A stretch of DNA of 53,607 nucleotides, the filler included, from Sphacelaria rigidula (lineage: Eukaryota): the NCBI GenBank assembly GCA_964200075.2. It is 5 parts of 5 records of this genome, joined end to end, with 100 filler letters (N's around TTAATTAATTAA, not from the genome) between each part and the next. Parts side by side here need not be neighbours in the genome. Positions count along the whole stretch, not along the records: positions 42,967 to 53,607 come from CAXNAA020006159.1; 4 more parts are not named here. The stretch is one strand, 5' to 3'. Below are positions 47,923 to 53,607 of this stretch, one piece after another. The notes under the pieces were generated by a model that worked only from the letters and a program-made list of their open reading frames with translations, was not told the DNA's origin and ran no database searches. The stretch's first letter is position 1. The number at the start of each line of letters is the position of its first letter. A program made the translations under genes and the position numbers.

Positions 47923-48402
47923 CAATCGTTGTACCCGGGGGTAGAGAAGTACCTCATGTGCACCGAGGTCCCACTATTATCCCTCAGATACAGTTTTGCC
48001 CCGATACCCTCTGTCAACCGTCGGGGGTGGTCATCCTCCAAATCTTCCCAGTTTTCTGACATCTCCAAAGCTTCAGACATCTCCCACGGGCTGTCCTCCC
48101 AATCCAAAAACTGTTCGTCCGTCCCCTCTGCCTGCTCTAGCCCCCACAATGCATCGCCGTCCTCATACAAATCGTTCCTCGAGAATTTCATATGTTCCTC
48201 ATGTTGTTGAGCGCCATGTTGCCGCAAATGGCGGCTCGGTGGTGTTTGTTGTGCGCCGTCTGGAACCTCTGGAACCTCCGTTTCCGTGCCCATGGCTGGG
48301 CTGAATTTCTCGGTTCGCGTGGCGCGTAACTTCTCGTTGAGCATCTCCCTGGGCACCGGGCGATAGAACTGATCTGCGAACAAGTCGAAGCAGCGTTCGC
48401 AC
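47923..48402 (-). CDS. Candidate internal exon (480 nt, phase 2-2), unknown acidic/Trp-rich protein
   Basis: Acceptor cacgcacAG|G at 48403/48402 and donor TG|GTGAGT at 47923/47922. Stop-free: CERCFDLFADQFYRPVPREMLNEKLR...WEDSPWEMSEALEMSENWEDLEDD. Confidence 0.45.
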
Positions 48403-48546
48403 CTGTGCGTGTGGTGTGATAAACACACAAGTGTGGATACAAGCGCTTGTATTCGAGTGTGTTTAAGTGTGGATAGTGCCGACGGTGCCGAAAACAATCA
48501 ATCATCGTAAGACTGGCTGTATACTGTACTTAGGGTTAGGTGTCAA

Positions 48547-48796
48547 GAGTCATCCTATGATGGGGGGGGGGGTATTTTGGGCCACTTCTTGCACGAAATT
48601 CCGAGTCAAATCGTCGTTGAAAGCAGCAACGGTTGTTCGAATGAGCTTCTTGTGGATTAATAACGCTCATCCATACTGCCTATCACCGTTTGAAACCAAA
48701 TACAAGCGCAACGCAAGTGTGACAGGTCATCTGACACACCTATGAGCCTATTTTTTCGTGCAACCAAATACGCCCCCCCCTATCGTAGGATGACTC
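48547..48796. mobile_element. MITE family A, complete
   Basis: GAGTCATCCTATGATGGGGG...CCCCTATCGTAGGATGACTC, flanks TCAA/TCGA, 250 bp. Confidence 0.87.
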
Positions 48797-49061
48797 TCGA
48801 ATTGTGTCCCATGTACGTTGTACAAATGCTGCTTCTGCAGCGGAAAACCGCTAGTGAAATTTTGGTATCGATTGGTTGACCCTGTCGACGCCAGATGACA
48901 GACGATACAGATGGACCCCAGGTGAGCCGCTGGGTAAGTGTGAAGAACAGTCAGCACTAAGGTTTCAACACCCAATGATTTGGGACCGGCATTCTTATTC
49001 TCGTGCTGATTCCATCCCTGCTTTTGTTTTACTCTCTTTTCGGTTCGTCTATTTCACTGCC

Positions 49062-49318
49062 GAGCAATGCTACGGTAGGGGTGCACTTTTTTCGCGAAAT
49101 TATGTCTAGTTCAGGGGCTCCTGACGATCCTAGATGCACAAAAATGTGGGTAAGGGCATCCCTGTTTGAAAATTCATTAGGGATATCCCCAGCACCTTGG
49201 AGTAGTAATCCTGGCGTACTTTCACATATTTTCATAGGTCGTGTTTTGTATTAGATAAAGGGCTCCTAACAATTCTAACCTCAGAAAATATATGTGCACC
49301 CCTACCGTAGCATCACTC
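49062..49318. mobile_element. MITE family C (Sola2-like), complete
   Basis: 25-bp TIR GAGCAATGCTACGGTAGGGGTGCAC / GTGCACCCCTACCGTAGCATCACTC, perfect TSD TGCC, 257 bp. Confidence 0.88.
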
Positions 49319-50550
49319 TGCCAAATTCTTGCTCATATTCGTCAGTTTCTTTGCGTCGGCTACTCCAGTGATGTCCGTATGTTGTACGCAGCATACTATG
49401 AGCACATATTAGCGGCATCTTGATTTTTGACACCAGCCCCTTCTCAACTCGGCTTGAGGTTTTACGTAAAATATACGAGATTTAGTCTTCCATATGAAGT
49501 GATTCGTCATCAAAAAGCATGTCCTTGCAACCCCAAGAAGCCTAATTGTGACCCTGCCACTGTCAGAAGGCTAATATAATAGCAATGATTAACAATAGTA
49601 CGATTTTCAATGCTCCTTGTGATGTCGCCCCCGATTGTCCTTTTGATATCCGACGGCGTTGTCTCCAGCACCCAGCACGTGATACATGCATAGATATGCA
49701 ACATGATACACACAGACGAAGGACAACTGTTTTTTTGCCTGAGTTATTTTTTTGACAGTCGGTTGAGCATTGACCCACACGACATAGGCAGGCACTCGTC
49801 TTCCATTTCAAATGCAGTTATACGTAGAACTCCAAAAAATTGCAATTGCCAGAAACCTACTGCTCTTACTGTGAGTCTGTCATTGTCACAAGTCAACCAC
49901 ATGATAACAATAGCTATGGTTGGAAGCTGTCATTGAGATGGTGCTCGCATAAGAAAGGAGCTCGTCGGCTATAGCTCCGGGGTTCCCGGCGTTACACGCC
50001 AGCCTAATATATCATTACGAAGAGAGAACGGAACTTGAAACCTTCTGAAGGCACCGGGTCGCATTTCGGAACACTTCTGCGGGCCGAGCTTGACCGACGG
50101 CAACCCCAACGATAAAGCACACAGGCTCTTCCTAGTCAAAGGTACCACCACTACTGCCAACACACTGTGTATTAGCTGTAGTCCCTGGAGTCCAGCCCCT
50201 AGCTCATCTAATGCAAATATCACTTTATTTTCACTCTGACCGCGAAGCGGTCATTCTTCATTTGGGTCCATAACTTCCAATGTACCACTTCCTGTAGTGT
50301 TTCTTGTGCACGTTTGCACCCAAAGTTAAGATTCCACCAAAGGGTTGAACCGATCAAACGGGTGGATTTACGTATCCGTGTCAAGTATAGGTGGACATGC
50401 ATGGCCACGTGCAACGGAGGTGACCCTTTCCCATTTCCCACCCCGATCGCAGTCACACGATAGGAATAATGGAAAGAGGGAGACGCTCACATACAGAAAG
50501 CAAAAACGAAAAGTTATCTAGATAGATCGCAGAATATGCCGTCTACCGCT

Positions 50551-50807
50551 GCGTCATGATAGGGGCGAGGGCGGGGGGGGGTATTTCGGACCCGCTTCTT
50601 CCACGAAATTCTCCTTGAAATCGTCGTTCATAGCAGCAACGGTTGTTCGAACACGCCTGCTTCCGACAAATAACGCTCATTCATACTGCTTGACACCGCG
50701 TTTGCTCAAATACAAGTGCACCGCGAGTGTGTTCGATCGTCTGAAGCATTTATGAGACCATTTTTTCGTGGAATCAAACACCCGCCACCCCTATCGCAGC
50801 ATGACTC
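50551..50807. mobile_element. MITE family A, left TIR partly deleted
   Basis: Body matches the other A copies; right TIR cccctatcgcagcatgactc. Confidence 0.83.
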
Positions 50808-51382
50808 CAATGTGTAGTGGAGAATACAGTGGAATCACCGTGATTATTCTGCAGTAGTGTGAGAAGTGCATTGTAATGAATGGAGCTAGATGTAGCACTT
50901 TTCAGCTTACCTGGCACTTGTGTTACACTACTGTGATTCCAGGCGGTAGTTGGATTAGTTATTGTTTTAAACATACATAACATATGATATACAGGATAAG
51001 TTGGTCATTTTGGTGTGCAACAGAATATACAATTTATGATGCGATACACTTGGAACATATTGTACAATATTGCACAAACCAGGCTCTGACGTTTTGCAGA
51101 ATGATCGATTCATTGGCTCATACATACCCAGGCAAGGGGTCCTTCTTCTGCCGATAGCACTCCGTCATAGTTGGCACTTTCCTGCCGTCGCCGTCGAGGA
51201 TAAACTGGACAATGGACAAAAAAGAAACAAGAATGAAAGACACAAATAACACAGACGTGCAAACAGTTTAGTGGTCGATCGGAACATCGTACACCCGCGG
51301 AAATGAGTAATTGCTAGAAGAACGCACCCCTTCAAAGAAGACAAGGGTACAAAAGACAGCGGTAGAGATGCGCCACCGTTAA

Positions 51383-51488
51383 CCCATTCGTCGCCCACGT
51401 TTGACCGCGATCTGGTAAACCGGAACCACATTTACTTGAAAAAGGAATATCAGACTCTTCATATGCAGTCAGTCAGTCAGTCAAAGGG
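51383..51488. mobile_element. Possible piggyBac-like MITE
   Basis: TTAA|CCCATTCG ... GTCAAAGGG|TTAG, with weak internal similarity to 38992-39089. Confidence 0.35.
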
Positions 51489-52373
51489 TTAGAGGGTTCA
51501 CCTTTTGACCTCCAGGGACGGGTCAACTCGGCCTTTCGCTCATTTCTTGAGTGGAAGTGTGACCGATTCAGCATATGACCCACGGTAACGGTCAACGAGC
51601 AAGAGGGCGAAAACGGTCAGAGACAGGCTTCCTTGAGTGGTCGCGAGCTAGCACTTGTTGAGCTTTACCGATATAGATGCGGAGGACCCAAGCATGTTGC
51701 ACGTGTTACACATAACGTGCTGCTTGAGATTAAAGAGCAAGAAGGCGATCCCACACAACACTCCAAGGCGAGTGGGAGTTTTGCAACCACCACGCGACAA
51801 TACTGCAAGGCGGGTGCTACAGTATGCAATCATGTTTCCAGCCATGAGACGGCGCGTTCTTTTCCCAACGGTGGAGCTAATGGACCGAGGGGAACAATAA
51901 CAAGAGAGGAACCGAGGCAGATATCCTTGTTTCCCAGGCTAGGACTCGTTCTTCGTGGGGGGGAGGGGGAAGGTGCTCATGATTTTGCATGTCGTAGTCA
52001 TTTGACCGTCGATCTCGCATCCCTACACAGCCGGGACGGAGCACGCCGGGTTTGCATTGGACCAGTCACATAATCAACTACCAAGCGCGAAGCGCCGTGA
52101 TGTGTTCGGCGAGTCGCATTAAGGGTGAGCTGCATCCTGCTAAGATGGTTCCGCCAGAAGCGTAGTGATTATCTTACACATGGATGGCAGGCTCCAATGA
52201 GTTGCTGGGTTTTTTTTTCTGGTATCGCCACTTTCAGAGACACCCATGAGTTACACACTGCCTCATGGGTGTCTCACCTTCGTGGGGAGGGGGGCATAAT
52301 CATGATCTTGCATGTCGTAGTCTCGAGACCATTTGACCTCGCAGCGAAGGGGGGGGGGAGGGGGGCGAGCGGA

Positions 52374-53510
52374 GGCGTATTCATTTGTTGCTTGCCTTGG
52401 TCGTTTGAGCATTGATTACGCACCCCTTTCGAGATGGAGTACCGCTCCAACTCCTGAGAGAGACGCCTCCAATATTTGGGTGTTCATTACGTTCTTCCCA
52501 TGCACTACACAAAAACCTCTACCATAACGCTTTCCCTCCCTCTTTCGTCGTCTGTGGCCGCCATTTACCTCCTGACCGTATACCAATTGTTTTCTCCCCG
52601 CCATCTACTGTACCAAAATATTTCATGCCACCTTAGATTATGTCCCGCCCCTCCTTGTATAGTTCACATTCCCTCACTATGTGACTTCTACTCTTTATTG
52701 TTATGCCACAGGGGCAATTTTTGTGCACCTCCTTCTTCCTCCTCTCGATTACTGGTATATCTCTTCCTTGTTTCTGTCAAGTCCAGTTCCCCTACCCGAA
52801 ACTGCACGTTCAGCTTATTCGCACAGCCCTTTAAGTGGTGCTGGTGTGTCTTCATGCTCTTTTCTTCTTCTTGACCCCCCGTTTATTTTCAAGTGCTCCT
52901 CCTCGTCCACTTTCTGTCTTCGCGCTTGTTTCCCCATATTTCTATCACGTGTCTAACTTTTGTCTCGTACTCCCCACGTTCGCCTATAGACATTATTTCA
53001 GTTTTCTCCTGTATCGTTTCATACGTTTCCGATCACGTTCTCCTACTAAACCTTATTCCAGCCTGTCCGTTTATTACCTTCTTCGACGTAGCCCTGTTAA
53101 CTATGTCCATGGGAAGGGCGGGTAGTAATTAATTGCTCGCCTTAGTCACTTGACCATCGTCCACGCATCCCTTTCGAGATGAGGCACCGTTCCTACTCCT
53201 AACAGAGGCACCTCCAACATTTCGGCGCTCGTTACGTTTTCCTTATATACTACACAAAACCTTCCATGGGTTTCATTCCCTTCGTTTTTCGTCTTCGTGT
53301 AGGCGTACTCATTTGTAGCTTGCCTTAGTCGTTTGACTATTGACCACGCATCCCTTTCGAGACGGAGCACCGTGGGGGAGGGGGGAGGGGGGGGTCTTAC
53401 CCCTAGTAGAAACACGTCCAACATTTCGACGCTCATCACGGTTTTTCCATATATAAGTCAAAAACACGTTCACATAAATATCTTAGCCCCATCCTGTTTC
53501 GCCTTCTCGG
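52374..53510 (+). repeat. Cluster of family D copies (long ~52374-53100; partial ~53134-53280 and ~53302-53510)
   Basis: ggcgta(c/t)tcatttgt(t/a)gcttgcctt...acgca(t/c)ccctttcgaga(t/c)g terminal region repeated three times, next to G-tracts. Confidence 0.75.
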
Positions 53511-53607
53511 GGGGGCGGGGGGGGGGGGGGGGGGGTTTTGGAAAAAAGTGTTATTTGGGGGGGGTTTTTAAAAATGGGGCTTTTTCCCCGGCCATTACCG
53601 TCTGTAA

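Overview
Repeat-rich eukaryotic DNA with no intact protein-coding gene that I can support. The host is probably a brown alga or other stramenopile; this is inferred only from the style of the RTE LINE and Gypsy remnants and the GT-AG introns. The window is not contiguous genome. It is five unrelated contigs of 10,641-10,642 bp joined by 100-bp artificial linkers (N44-TTAATTAATTAA-N44). Contig 1 holds a full-span, RT-deleted chromodomain Gypsy LTR element with a 4-bp TSD, a 63-bp minisatellite and a strong hairpin. Contig 2 holds a decayed short-intron gene, a Tc1/IS630-like remnant, MITEs and a ~1.9-kb diverged palindrome. Contig 3 holds a ~6.5-kb decayed minus-strand coding tract of unknown family and a probable DIRS-like remnant. 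Contig 4 holds an RTE-like LINE fragment and many small TEs. Contig 5 holds a second degenerate Gypsy element, a tandem duplication and a candidate exon. Two patterns stand out. First, three different ~250-bp MITE families share 4-bp TSDs and a CTACG(A/G)TAG core at exactly TIR positions 9-17. Second, a dispersed repeat has one fixed end, variable truncation and apparent targeting of G-tracts, including a G-tract inside one of those MITE TIRs.
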